A DNA stretch of 64,000 bases, from contig JAGIQG010000009.1 in assembly GCA_024679065.1 (NCBI GenBank), positions 72,354,001-72,418,000 on the forward strand. The letters run 5' to 3'. Each line of letters opens with the position of its first letter. Positions within the stretch are counted from its first letter, which is position 1. The DNA comes from Sphyrna mokarran (lineage: Eukaryota). Of this stretch, positions 48,166 through 61,177 are shown one piece after another. The notes below the pieces were generated by a model that searched no databases, had not been told where the DNA came from, and worked only from the letters and a program-made list of their open reading frames with translations. Position numbers and translations under genes: made by a program.

Positions 48166-49519
48166 CATCTTTATGAGGAGCGTTTGGACAAATTTAGTTT
48201 GTTTTCACTAGACTGCTGGATGCTGAAGGGCAACCTGATAAAAGTTTACAAAGTTGTGAGACTGATGGATAGAATAGATAGTTGGACTCTTTACAAGTAT
48301 AGAAATGTCAATCATCAGGGGATGTGGGTGTAAGGTAAAAAGGGGGAAGGTTTAAAGGAGATGTGAGAGGCAAGTTTTTTAGATAGAGGGTGATAAGTGC
48401 CTGGAATCCGCTGCCAGAAGAAGTGGTAGAAGCAGATACAATAGCAAAGTTTAAGAGGCATCTTGACAGATATGTGAATAGATAGAGAATAGAGGGATAT
48501 TGACTGTGTAGAGACAAAAGGTCTTCAGTTTAGAAAGGTAGCAAATTCTCTCAGCACGGGCAGGCAGGAATTCGCAATCCCTGCCCTTACCTCATGGGAT
48601 CAAATATTTAAAGAGCACCTAAGATAGTCTACACTAGCCCTTCCACCTTTGTCTGGTCACTATACCAATCTTCCTCCCTAACCCTTCCTTAGTCTCCAAC
48701 CATACAACATGCACAATCACCAATTGGTTTAAACCATAGACTGGCATTTACAGATACTCCCAAAGAGGACCATGCAGCAACAACTTACCATTATTCATGG
48801 AAGATGGCCAGATGCACGTCATATATATATTCTTGTAAAAGTGAAGCCTTTATTTTCTCATTGACAGAAACTTCATTGGAGGAGGAACTTAATTCCAATG
48901 AGGTAGGGAAGCTCAACTTGCCTTTAAAGTCTCCAGAACTTAACTCCTTAAAATTATCCCATCGTCGGGAAACTGATTTTTGGTCTCACATCAAATTAAG
49001 ACTACCTCGCTTCCCACTGCTGGTAGGACTGGAAGATTCCACCTCTGAACTATATTTCTCGTCAGAGATACAGCCTGACTACAAGTTTCTACCCTCGCTC
49101 CACTCCCCTGGCATGTTCTGCAACCTGGAGATGGCCTAGCTTTGGCCAGTTGAGGGATCTACTGGTCCTGCCATTGTCAACAGGCTTTCCCGCTGTTCAC
49201 ACCCTCTGCCAGTGGGGGAACCTGCGGCAGGGGCTCGCTGTCAATGGGACTGGACAATCCCAGTGATGGGAATAGCTGGAAAATGCCACTTGTTGTGTAT
49301 TTCCAGAATTTTATTTCAGAGGCTGACTATCTTCTTTATTTGATTTTTGTTTTTGGAATCATGACAATACTGCTGAGACTTACCTGTGATTGGCTATATT
49401 TTAAACCTTAATACACGGTATGAGGAATGCTGTATCTAGTGGTTCTGTGCAGCTAACAAGGCGCATATTATGTATGTGCAAGGCATGGGGGCTAGCATCT
49501 ACTAATTACGTTTCTGATC

Positions 49520-49760
49520 AATAATAATGATCAAGTTGTTGGTTGTGGGGAATTTGATGAAGGCCATGTCTTTGGATATCAAGGGGAAATATATTAAGCT
49601 CTTCCTCATTGGGGAATGTCATTGACTAACACTTGCGTGATACCTATACTACTTGTCATTTACCAACAGAAGCCTGAACATGATTAGCTTTCATGCATGT
49701 GGCCAGAGACTGCGTCATTATCTGAAGAGTGGTAAATGGAACTGAACACTGGACAATCCT
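49520..49760 (-). mobile_element. CR1-clade family B fragment
   Basis: Similar to 4500-4710. Confidence 0.6.
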
Positions 49761-49932
49761 CACTTAGTATTAGCATTATAATGATAAGCTGTATGGAAGA
49801 GGTTAGTATTGTGTCAAATTCTCTATTATCCAATATTTGTGAGTGAAAACTAAATATGAATAAGGAAGAACTTAAGACCTAACTAATAGCTGCACACTTA
49901 TCAAATTGGAATTAATTTATGAGTTAAATCCA

Positions 49933-50262
49933 GGAGACAGTGGCATAGCAATATTGTCACCGGACTAGTAATCCAGAGGCCTAGGATAGTGCTCTGACAA
50001 CCCAGGTTCAAATCCCACCAAAGCAAATTTGAATTCAATACAAATAAGTCTGGAAATAAAAGTCTAAGAATGACCATGAAATCATTGTCCATTGTTGCAA
50101 AAATCCATCTGGTTCACTAATGTCCATTAGAGAAGGAAATCTGTCACCTTTACCTGTTCTGGGCTATATGCCACAGTAATGAGTTGACTCTTAAATGCTC
50201 TAAGAGATGGGCAACAAATGTTGACCCATCAGTGATGTCCATATCCCATGAATTAATAAAAA
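49933..50262 (+). mobile_element. MetaSINE (SlmI-like), near full length
   Basis: A box TGGCATAGCAA, B box GGTTCAAATCCC, core GGTTCACTAATGTCC...GAAGGAAATCTG, family-B LINE tail GATGGGCAACAAATG...AATAAAAAA. Confidence 0.85.
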
Positions 50263-51114
50263 ATACATATCCATTTGCTAAGTCCTTTGATATAGAAAAA
50301 TTTCAATTTTTCCCAGTGTAGAATTAGTTGATCTTTTAGCAATTAATGTAAAGAATTCTCACTGTCAGTCTGAACTTAAGTGGTCTTATCATACTGTAAC
50401 CATTTACCTTTGACCACATGTGTGATTTAGCCCTCGACCTTCGTTTTCACAAGGTCCAAATAATCTGCTGGGTCAGTAGGTGTTATCAAACAGTGGAATG
50501 ATTTTCTGTCGGATCTCCCAGTGGAAGAAGTTGCTGTGAAGTGATCCAACTCTATCAATACAAATGGAAAGTGTCAGAGCTGAAAGATTACCCAACAAAT
50601 GGAGACCAACAGTTGGCTCGTAGTGAATAGCAAACACTTGTCAGAAAAGCTGAAGATTCGTCACTCGCAGAGCTGCAGGCATGTATTGTTTTTAAAGCTG
50701 TGAACTTTAATTACCATGCAGGAAAAGGTTTAAAAATACAATGGATTAATGTTGCTAATTGTGCACTGAAATGCATTAATACATAATGACTGAATAATTT
50801 GCTGATAATCCCATGCAAATTCATTGGCTGATAAATGTGTGCTGATTAGATCATTGGCATTTATGCATTTTGTTCCTGCAAGGGTGAGAATTGTTATCCG
50901 GTGACAGCTCATGAGGAAACTAGAGAGGAGTGAAGAGAAACTGTGAATGCTAAAGATCAGACAAATATGGAAAATGCAGGTAATGTACTGCAAGTTTATT
51001 AGTAGGTATAGTATTAAAAACTTTATTATATACAGCTGCAAAAACAAGTTTATGAAAGAGTCCTTCAAGTGTGAGACATGCCTGTCAGCAATGAATTCAT
51101 TACCTTGCTTCCCA

Positions 51115-51412
51115 AAAGAAGAAGGCCATTTGGCTCATGAAGTCGGCATTGATTTTCTGAAACAGCGTCCCACCCAAGCCCCCTCCTCCACCCTATCCCC
51201 ATAACCCCATACGTTTAGCATGGCTAATGCATCCAACTTGTACACCTTTCGCCCACCAGTAGGGGGGAAACTGGAGCAGCAAGAGGAAACCAATGATGAC
51301 ACAGGGAGAATGTACAAACTCCACACACAGATAGCCACTCAATTCGGGCATAGAACACGGGTCCCTGGCACTTGTGAGGCAGCAGGGCTAACGACTGTAC
51401 CACCATGCCACC
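51115..51412 (-). mobile_element. HE1-like V-SINE (divergent subfamily)
   Basis: GGGAGAATGTACAAACTCCACACAGA antisense V-core, with head and tail. Confidence 0.8.
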
Positions 51413-51699
51413 TATCCATGGAAGTTAAGGGTCCGAAAATCACGCGAGTACCAATGTTCATTTTCTGACATACATTGTCGACTGGTGAGGCTCATACCTG
51501 AAGCATGGTTTTGTAGGATTACTCCAATCACATTCAACATTTACATGACTCACATTGTGTAAAACAGAAACTCGTGAACCGTACTGCAGTATATTGTTTT
51601 AATCAATGATGAATCACTTTGATTTCTAACACTGCATCACATACTGACCTCCTGCGATACAGGTTGTTCAATATACCTTTCATGGTCAGATTTATGAGG

Positions 51700-51915
51700 T
51701 GCGGCATTTTCATGTCCAAATTATGTTTCCCTCCAACAGCCTTCTTAAAGGAATCATTATAGCAACCTTACCTTTGAGATTAATTGGACTGACTGTCCCT
51801 CAGATTATCTGGTTACTGTCACATTGCTGTTTGTGGGACCTTGCTCAAATCTACATTTCCTACATTACAACCAGGACAATACTTCCAACTCACTGGCTGT
51901 AAAATGATTTGAAAA
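51700..51915 (+). mobile_element. Deu-domain SINE fragment
   Basis: CAGATTATCTGG...CACATTGCTGTTTGTGGGACCTTGCT...TTTCCTACATTACAAC. Confidence 0.6.
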
Positions 51916-52469
51916 GAACTGTATAATCCATTTTTCTTCTATAGAGATTATATTATTTTTCATAGTTACAGCCATAGCATTTATGTAATTAATTCAGGCT
52001 TCTCTTTCTTGGTTGAATACCTTTACAATGGCACTTATTGTTTCTTCTTTAAAAGGTCCATGCTTGAATTCAAGACTTTTATTCAAAAATTCCCTCCAAA
52101 CAGCTTTCACAATTATTTCCGTTCTTGTATAAGTTCTTTTGCCTTTAAATACTAATATCCTCATTCAGCGACACAGACAAAATAAATAAATTTGTTCATT
52201 GCACTTGACAAAATACCTCAACATTAAACAATGGCAACATTTCAATTGCAAAGTTGGACTTTTCAGATGTGCCCATTCCCTCCAGGCTGATGGGAACAAG
52301 TTAAATCTGGGCTTTTTCAAGCAGCATTTAATCCCAGTGATATGGGTCCCCTACCCAATTGCACGCACCCATAATCCATCAGTAAATTCAGCCTGATGTT
52401 TCCCTTCCAAGAGACTGAGATCCAATGCACTTAACTGGTCTGCCATGTGAAAGGCATCCCTAGGGTGAA

Positions 52470-52745
52470 ATTTCCAACTCCCAAGAGTTGAGGCCACAGT
52501 TCTGGATGGTGCTGAGATCATTGATGCTCCTGACCTCATTACAGCATTGGTTCAAACGTGGACAAAAGAGCAAAATACAAATTCCTATAACTCCCTTCCT
52601 AAGAGCGTCATGAATGCAACAACACCACATGGACTGCAGCGCTTCAGGAAGGTGGCTCACTGTCACCTTTACAAAGGTAGTTACGGATGGGCAATAAAGA
52701 CATTGGCCTCACCAGCTTTGGCCACATTCCATAAACAAATAAGGA
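52470..52745 (+). mobile_element. CR1-clade family B fragments with 3' tail
   Basis: ACACCACATGGACTGCAGCG...GATGGGCAATAAA. Confidence 0.7.
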
Positions 52746-54199
52746 AAGTAATTACCCGATGGCTAGACCTGCATAACGTAAGGTGAATTCTTTTGCCATT
52801 AATTTCACTGTTTCCTCATCAAGGGAAATTCCAGTCGGAAGCTTCAATGAACTGCAAAGAACAAGAGAGTGGACCATCTGGCAACAACCAATCAATGCAA
52901 TGGCAGCCTGAGCGACTTCGCCACCTGTTCAATCCTGCCCACACACTCTGCTCACTGTATCCAGGCATCCTGGGCAGGAGCCCTGGCTCAATTAACTGAT
53001 GTTAATAGGTGATGTGCATCATCACTGAGTTTGAGATGTGTTGGCAGATTCAGTTCTGGGCAGGCAAGCAAAACTTTAGGAAACTAGTAGGGGGGTTGCT
53101 GATATCCGCTGTGGGACACTTGTGTTGTAACAGTTAGCATCAGTGTCTGTGGGATGCAGCCAGACTCCCTGCTTCTGATGGCTGTTAGAAGCCGCATATT
53201 TCTGCAGAAAGTGTATAATGACTCTGGACTTGACTGCCTTCTCCATGGTTGCCGTATATTTTTGGGTATGACTTCTAGGCTTGGAAACCTCCCTGGTTGT
53301 GCTGCAGTAATCCATTTTAATCAGGTTATATCCGTAATGGTTAGCATAGGCAGGCATTTATGGGGTGTTTTAGTGGGTGTGCGAAGAGGACGCTATTGCT
53401 AAGAGAGTGAGGAGTGGGGATTAGTAGTTGATAGAACGTAGAATGGTTGTTACAGAAGTCGCTGAGGCAGTTGTATCATTTTTGGAGAAATGGGAAACCC
53501 TTTGAAGGAGCAAGTGGTATGAGATTTTGGGGAGAAGGCAGGAGAATGAGACTGGTGAGAAGAATTTCCTGTGTGTAAACTTCTATCATTGTATTATGCC
53601 TTTGGTTGTCTAGGCTTGAAGATAATGAGTAGGCTTTTTGGGTGAAGCCTCGTAAGAATCAATTACCTGGGGAAGGAAGAAAAAAATACAACCATATGCA
53701 TAATAAATGTTTTATTAAATAATTCATTCCGCTGTCCACCAACTGACATAATTGCTTGTGTGGGGAATATAAATATTTTAAATGATTATTTGAATGTAAT
53801 TAGATTTTAATCTGTCATATTTGCTTTCCTGCATGGATAGCGCAGCCTTATTCCCAGTGAGCCTGCTGCTGCTGGAATTGGCTGGGAGTCGATTCCAGGT
53901 GCTGCTTTCATTGGGGAACTTTGCAACACAATGAGCCACATGTTGTACCAGAACGTGGAAGTGCAATGCTTTTGACAAATGCAGTGTACAGTTAAGGAGC
54001 AGAACTTTCAAAAAAATGCCTCTTTTTAATACGGAGGAATTAAAAGACAGTGACAACCCACCACTTTCAAATCCACTCTTTTGATACAGTCAACAATGAA
54101 CAATGAAACATAGACTCCTTTGGTCCTCTTTTAGCTAACAATATGACGCATGAATTTTATGGTGACTATAGGTATAGGAATTTCACTGTGGCAGTTCAG

Positions 54200-54350
54200 T
54201 CATTTGCATGGATAAAGCAGCGATGATAGATTTCTGAATAACAGTAACATAAGGGTTATGGGGATAATGGGTGTAAAAGGCATTGAAGTGTCTGATCAGC
54301 CATAAGCAGGCTCAATGGGCTGAATGGCCTACTCCTGATCTATACTCCTT
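54200..54350 (+). mobile_element. CR1 3' tail
   Basis: GCAGGCTCAATGGGCTGAATGGCCTACTCC. Confidence 0.75.
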
Positions 54351-55139
54351 TGAAAGAGGAAGAGCGAGACAGAAGTGCCAACTGCGCGATGATGCATAAA
54401 CATTACTGAAAGCTTTTTATCATTCCAGGTGCAGAAGCAATGTTCACCGCCAACTCAAAATCATGTCTGTTCAGCTCAAAGCAGTCTTGTTGATATACTG
54501 TGAGAATCAAGCAAAAATGTTCTGAATCAGGTGAAGAACTGAATGAGGCTGTTGGGAGGATGTGCAGGGTTATGTTAAAAAAAGCCATAAGCTGTTTTAT
54601 TCATGAATGCGTGAGTCAATGAGTCATTACAAATTTTTCAGAATCACTGCTTATTTGATAAACAGATCTTTTACTGTAAACCTGTTTCTTTCACCATTAG
54701 CAAAACATCACAGTATTACAATTAATCGACACGCATCAGTTTATGAATGCAGTGTTGTGTGCAAATGGAGAAACTTACTCAGATTCAAGTTCCTGCACTA
54801 GAAACATTTCTGTTTGCTGATTTTCCATGTATCACAACATGGTAGTGATGGAATGCCATATCTGCCCACCTTAACTTGTAATCTCGTTGTGGTGCTCAAT
54901 CCATTTCCCCATGTAGGGGCAACATGCGTCCTGTCTCCCCACCAGCATTTTCGTAAAACAGGCAATGAATGGATGCTATATGCTTGTCCTGGCGAGGGAA
55001 TGAAGAGAGGTAAAGCAAGGTCAGGACAAGGAGGTGGGGTATATGCAATGCATAACTTTGTATAAAGTGATCTCTGTCATAACCAGAAATGTGTTCAGCT
55101 CTCACTTAACATAAACAACAAACAAATTAAAACCCCATA

Positions 55140-55545
55140 GACATTGGCGAGGCCAGAATATACTGCTCAATGGTGGACTGCCTCCACCTCTGCAAAACAC
55201 TGCGGGAGAAGACAGTGGGGGAAGACGGTCGGAGAAGGCGGGGGGGGGGAATCCCACTCAATTGGTTTTGTTTTAATTGCATTCACCCAAAACCAGAAAG
55301 TCCCACCCCGAGATCAATTGACCTTTCCAATGATCCACCCCTCACCCACTATGATTCCCCTGGCGGGTGGAATGGGCAAACTTGCCCCATTAATTTTAAA
55401 ATTGTATTGGATGAATACCTGAAGGTGAAAAAAAAGGAACGATAATGGGAGAAAAGTACGACAATTGGATGGGACTTCCAAAGAACGTGCATAGGTATGA
55501 TGGCCAAATAGCCTCCTTCTATTGCTATATCATTCATGATTCAAT
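55140..55545. mobile_element. MITE (55140-55388) followed by a CR1 3' tail
   Basis: GC-rich MITE body ending GGCAAACTTGCCCC; tail GGCCAAATAGCCTCC...CATGATTCAATGA. Confidence 0.5.
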
Positions 55546-57778
55546 GATTAAAATGAATCATTACAAATACAAGGAAGGCCATGTATTTACTGTATAAGTA
55601 TCAATTTTCTGTGCAAACTAGACAAGGCGATGACAATTTTGAACACAGACATTGTGTTTACATTTCTTCTTATTTTTGAATTTGTGGCTGTATACGTACA
55701 TAGAAGTAAGGGAGTCAGACCTGTTTCACTTCAAAGTGATCTTTTAACATCCAGAAACATCAGCGCTGGTGAATTAGGTCATGAAACTTGCTGCCCCACT
55801 TAATGTCATGTGATTTCCTGTTCTCCATGGTCATTGCTTCATGGTTAACTACCTGAGAGACACAGAGTGAACATTATTGCAGCTAAATCCTCATTGACCA
55901 GGTACGATGATGGAAATTTATAGAACAGATTCATCCATCAGAGAGAAAAAAATAATTAGAGCTTCTATTCATTGTGTCAAACGAAGGTGAGATAAACACT
56001 TTGCAATCTGACAATGAAAGATCTCTCCAACTGTGTCTTTTTCCCAGATTTTCTGTTGTGTTAGATGCCTTTATAATTATAGTCTTCATTGCATTTTGGA
56101 ATTGTTGGCATGCCCTGCTTTTTGCTCCCTTTATTCTAGTTTGTGATTTCAACTTGATGTAACTTGTTGAAGAAACCTTCAATAAAGGCCCATTCTTGCA
56201 GTTCCAATTATGGCAAGCTGTGACTTGTTCGCCATTACTGAAGATAGGAATGGAAAGACTAGTTCCAGCAATACCACATAAACATTCTTGCACTAAAAAG
56301 AGGAAATTGTCTTGTGAATCAATGTCTTCCCATGCCTTAGCTGATGGCCTTGGTGAGTCATTCTCTAAGGCAGCAGAGAACTGTACTGCAAGTATCTGGG
56401 CTGACTGCCCATAAGTAACATTGGAATTAATTCTGTTTGAATTAGAACAGGTATTATTTGGCACAAAGTCTGCTAGGGAACAAATCGACTAATACAGAAT
56501 CCAAAGCTTATGCTGCAGTTTAAACATTAATTCCTTAGACCAGGTTTCTCCCGCAGCTCAGGCCTTTCATTAAAAGAATTACTAAACAGGAAAAGTTTTA
56601 AAAACCCTACAGGATCAATTATATTTTCAGGATATCAGGAAATTGGTACTAGGTATTCCTAAAACTACAATTGCTTTAAGGTTTGCGAGATTGGAAAGCA
56701 TTCTGTCTTTGCCTTCAATTGCAAACAGAGATGATAACGATTTATATATGTGCTTTTGGTGCGAGTTTTTTTTTTAATTCTTGCATGGGATGTGGGTTAT
56801 GATAGTATGACACTGGAGCCAGTTGGTTGCAAGCAAATGTAAACTTTATTGGCATCACGCATTGAGATATTTACAGGCCTGCCGCCATCTTACTAGAGGT
56901 AGAGAACTGGTGTACCCATTGGTTTATTGGCAGGAGGAAGGGGCAAATACTCCCATTTCCTTAAGTTCTTCATAAAAAATAGACAACATTAGCAATGCCT
57001 CTCAGATTTAACCTCTCCTCTTCTACAAATCAAGGTGTTTACACTAGCAGGATTCTCTGCTCCCACCGACAGCGCACTCCTGCTCGTGGGTTTCCTGCCA
57101 ATGTGGGGTGACTTCAGTGGCAAGACCAGAGAATTCTGCCACTAGTGAACAACACGCCACTTCCTGCCAGGAGGAAACATATGGCTGGAAAGGCCTGAGA
57201 ATCTTGTCCAAGGTCTTTGAGGTGCTCTGCGGGAATGATTAAATCGACACTACTCTAACCAGGGAGTTTCAAAACAAGAATCATGGGGTCTTGAGCCACA
57301 GAAAATGTTGCAATACTGGAACTGGGTTGCACTGCCCTCGATGGCTCATTGGGTACATCGGCTTTAAAAGTCTGGACAGCTCTTTTGGTGAGACCGCATG
57401 ACAAATGATGCCAGGCGCGGTCTTCATGTGATGGATGCCATTCAGATCTGTGAAGATCTGAAATTCTGTGCTGGTGAAAACTGTCCCATTGTCAGAAACT
57501 GTGATCTCAGGCAACCCATGTATATTGAAGGAGTTACTCAGCTTCTCAATAGTTGCAGCTGAAGTTAATATCTTTATCTCATAGATATCAAGTCAGTTCG
57601 AATGTGCATCAATGAGTAACAGGAGCATGGTGCTTGGAAATGATCCCACATTGTCAGCATTCAGCCTGACCCAAGGATAGTCAGGTCTTTGCCCTGGGTG
57701 AAGAGGAGCTGAAGGAGGCTGCTTCTAATATTACTGGCCCAGTGATGAGGACATTAGTTAAGTTATGGCGACCCATGG

Positions 57779-58349
57779 AATGGAGATGGAGGGATATAGA
57801 AGACTGTTTTAAATAGGGATCAAGAGCCTTGGGATGTTCCTGGGAATTGCATAGTTGTGCATGTTATTGATGTTTTTCTCTTTTATCCTTCAGGTGCTTC
57901 GGTCCGCCTTGTTGTCCAACAAGGGGCATACATGCAATGGGTTGTGCGAGGGCTGCTCTTGGATTTTTCGAGAGTAGCCTAGTGCTTCACATCATTAGTG
58001 TACGCTTAAACTAGACCAGTTGATGGGCAGCACAGCAGCTCAGTGACTATCACTATTTGCTGTGCAGATGTATGGATTTGGGCCAGTATCTGTGGGAGTT
58101 TGCACATTCTCCCCGTGCTTGCGTGGGTTTTCTCCAGGTATTCCAGTTTCCTACCACACCCCAAAGATGTGCTCTTAGGCTGATTGGTGAAACAAATTGT
58201 TCCTAAATTGTCTCCCAGTTTGGTCTCCAATGTGGATTCCATAAACATAGACGAGTGGGAACTCATGCTGTTAAAATGGAGGCGCGACCTCGTTGGGCCG
58301 AAGGGCCTGTTTCTCATGCTGTGTTGTTCTTTGTTCTTTGTTCTTTCTT
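57779..58349 (+). mobile_element. chimeric CR1/HE1 element (copy 3) inserted in the Gypsy
   Basis: Begins with the CR1 ORF2 end ATGGAGGGATATAGAAGACTG, then the same UTR, an HE1 head GGGCAGCAC at 58025, V-core and (TCTTTGT)n tail. Confidence 0.85.
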
Positions 58350-59462
58350 TGTGGAAGTCCATGCAGGAGAATCTCCATTGTTTGCTGAAAATTGGCACAT
58401 GTCCTGAAACTCCAAAAGGCAACTGAATGAATTGGTGAGTACTGATTGTCGCATATGCCTTTCATGTTCTATTCAATTCCAACAGCTGATAAGATAGAGT
58501 TATGGAGCTTTACAGCACAGAAAGAAGCCTATTTGTCCTGTCCTGTCTGGAACAGCCATGGAGAACCTGTCTATTGAAATCCCATTTGACTCACATGTAG
58601 CTTGATGACTGAATTACTGTCTCTCTAACTTGGCCTTCAACATATCAATTTTGGAAATGGGGCACTTGTCAAGCTTTGCTTCTCTGAATGTAGTCACCGC
58701 GTGGATGTATGGTTTACTCTTGCTTGTGCTCTGGGAAGGTGGATGCGACCCACCTGGAAAACTGGGCAGACTAAATTATTCCCAGGTTTTCCAACCTACA
58801 CAAATCAGCTTCCACTTTTTTTCACTGAGTGAGTGAGGCATCCGCCTGGCCTTAAAGAAGTATGGTGTTTCCTGGGGGTTGTACGCCCTTCGGTTTTCCC
58901 AATTCATCCTAAAAAACAGAGTCATTTTTGTTTAAAAGTTCTGGAATTCCACAGGGCATCAAATAGGATGTTTTTGACCAGTCTAGTTTTCTTTTTTGCA
59001 GTCAATGTCAACCTAAAAAGCTGAGCTCCTAGCTCTCTATGACCATCACAGGAAGTTGGACTATCTACTGTTTGTAACAAACCAGAACAGCAGCAATGCC
59101 CTTGATGTGAATGGGCTCTCCAATGTAGGTTCTCAGATAGATAGACATGTACTCCAATGTCAATGCCTTATTCCCTTCACTGAGGTACTTGAACATGTAC
59201 TCCCCAACAACGGTAGCTGAAGTAGTGGTATCCATCTCCATCTGTAGTTGCTTGCCATTTACCTGTACTATCTTTACAATGGGCAAAGATTTAACAGCAA
59301 TTAACTGATTCAGAGGGGGTGATCTTATCAAAGAAATTCTAAGTGCCAAACAAGTATGAAAATAGGAGAGAATTGCATTGTTTATGGTTGGGCAAGTTTA
59401 AAATCTAATCTTACCAGACTGAGGAAAAATATGAATGAAGCAAGATCTGTTTCTCGCCAGCA

Positions 59463-59921
59463 GGGGGAGGGAGTTCACCTAAAACCAGCAGAATGCAGCA
59501 GAGAGCACAATTGCTCAGGTCTTTCTGTTCTGTGCAATAGTAGAGAACAGAGACATCTGTCAGTCACCATCCCTGCCCTCAATCTCCCATCACCTCCAGT
59601 TTTCGCTGACCTCCATTGGCTCCGGTCCTACCGAGAAGGTCATCATGACAGGCCCCATTAATGGGGACTAGATGTGACCCTTGCCAGTGAGAATCTTCAC
59701 CAATGAGGCCACAAAGGTAAGTGAGCCCACATGATAGTACTGCAGGCTCATTTGTAATATTTAAATCCTAATATTACAATTAGCCTTGTATCCTTTTCTG
59801 ACACGAGGCTGATGTCACCAGATATCAGGTCATGGTAAGATCACGAGAGGTGAAAAATCAAGTGCGAACCCAATTTTCTGGCTCTCATTGACTGACAGGG
59901 TGAGAAGGTAAAGTCGCCCCC
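59463..59921. mobile_element. MITE-like insertion inside the Gypsy gag
   Basis: GGGGGAGGGAGTTCACC...GGTAAAGTCGCCCCC imperfect TIRs. Confidence 0.45.
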
Positions 59922-61177
59922 AGAGAGTATGCAGCAATGGAGCTTTCACAGTGTCAGTTGACTAAATCAGATTTGCCCTCTCAACCTTTTGTCCTGCAGT
60001 GCCTTGGTAGGTGTCTCCTCTTGTAGGTCTCTGCTTCTCTAAATCTGCATGCATCCACTCCATGATTCTCTCCACACCTATAATATTGTCAGATGACACA
60101 CTGTAAGTAGGTTTCTTGCTATCATTCCTGAATCTGGTACTGTCATTCTCCTCATATACCACCCTGTCCCACAGCAGATCATTGTACACATCCCCAAACT
60201 GACAATCCTCAGTGAGCTGTTTTAGGCTCTCCACAAAAGTATAATTCTCTTGAAACACAAACTCTCATGTTGAATTTAAAGCATTGCAAAATTACAGGCA
60301 GCTTGGGCTGAAAATGGGACGTCATAAGCAAACTCATTTTATAAGTCAGTACTGGGTGCGCCCAGGGGTAGTTAAGTTCCTGATAAGGTCATACATTTCA
60401 CTTCTACACATCATCAGCAGCACATTTATATTTACCTTTGTCAGTAATTTCATTGTCCATGAAGTAGAAAGCTGATCATCTTGATATATTCACTCCAATC
60501 CTCAACATGTGCGTCGTACGGATCAATCCTCCCAAACAACAGCATGATCTGTAAGTCTTTTTCCTAATTGCTTCTGCAGCTGTTGGATGTGTTCTTTTTT
60601 ATATGTGTTTCCTGTTTTAAGAGCACTGCTGCTTTAAGAGTTGTCATTGTATTTTACTTCAAGCAGCCTGTTAGTTGTGCCTTTATACTTTCCCGTCCTT
60701 TTCTGACTTAGACAGATTCCCCAGTGATTGTGGGCCTTCCTTGGCAAATTTCTAAGGCTAGGACATTTATTTGCTTTGCTGTCTCTGAAGGCCCAGTTTG
60801 TGTTGACTTCTGTCAGCTCTTTCGGCCTTTGATCTTCCCGCGCTTTTGGAGTCTCAGCAGGCATGCTATTATCCAAGGTTGCTGTCAGCTCTGCAGCCAT
60901 GCAATTCTTTGCTGAACTTTGGAAATTGTCTCCTGTTTTAAACTGTCTCCTGACAAAAACAAATTTTGGTGTTCGGGGTAATTCTTCGTTCCCTTCCCTG
61001 CAAAGCTGCAGATCTCTCTCTGTGTTTAACTTTTTTTGTTGTGCTTTTTCTGGAATCCCCTGCCAGCCTCCCAATCTTCTTTGAATTTTGTGATATTCCA
61101 GCAATTATGGACAAGCATGCAGCATCATCTGGATTCATCCTCATCATAAGTGTGATAACTTGAGGCAGGAGTTAATT

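Larger units (their letters stand above)
47310..48555 (+). mobile_element. old CR1 interrupted by a MITE and an HE1
   Basis: CR1 pieces at 47310-47495, 47610-47835 and 48167-48555. Confidence 0.8.
56800..60545 (-). mobile_element. second Gypsy (Mag/K02A2.6-like) element, decayed and multiply interrupted
   Basis: gag start at 60545 (MLLFGRIDPYDAHVEDWSEYI); LKQLTEDCQFG..NDLLWDRVV; protease VNGKQLQMEMDTTTSATVV (59065-59349); RT remnant PFGVS (58350-58450); integrase PEITVSDNGTVFTSTEF (57281-57750); possible 3' LTR about 56800-56950. Confidence 0.85.

Noticed and set aside
49933-50020. tRNA-like A/B boxes here and in the HE1 heads as tRNA genes
   Set aside because: They are SINE heads continuing into SINE cores, with no cloverleaf
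52800-53400. Possible decayed transposon or exon
   Set aside because: No motif I can assign; left unannotated
54429-54500. Possible 71-nt exon (TTTTTATCATTCCAG...GTGAGA)
   Set aside because: Splice-like motifs only; peptide unrecognised and such matches are common by chance
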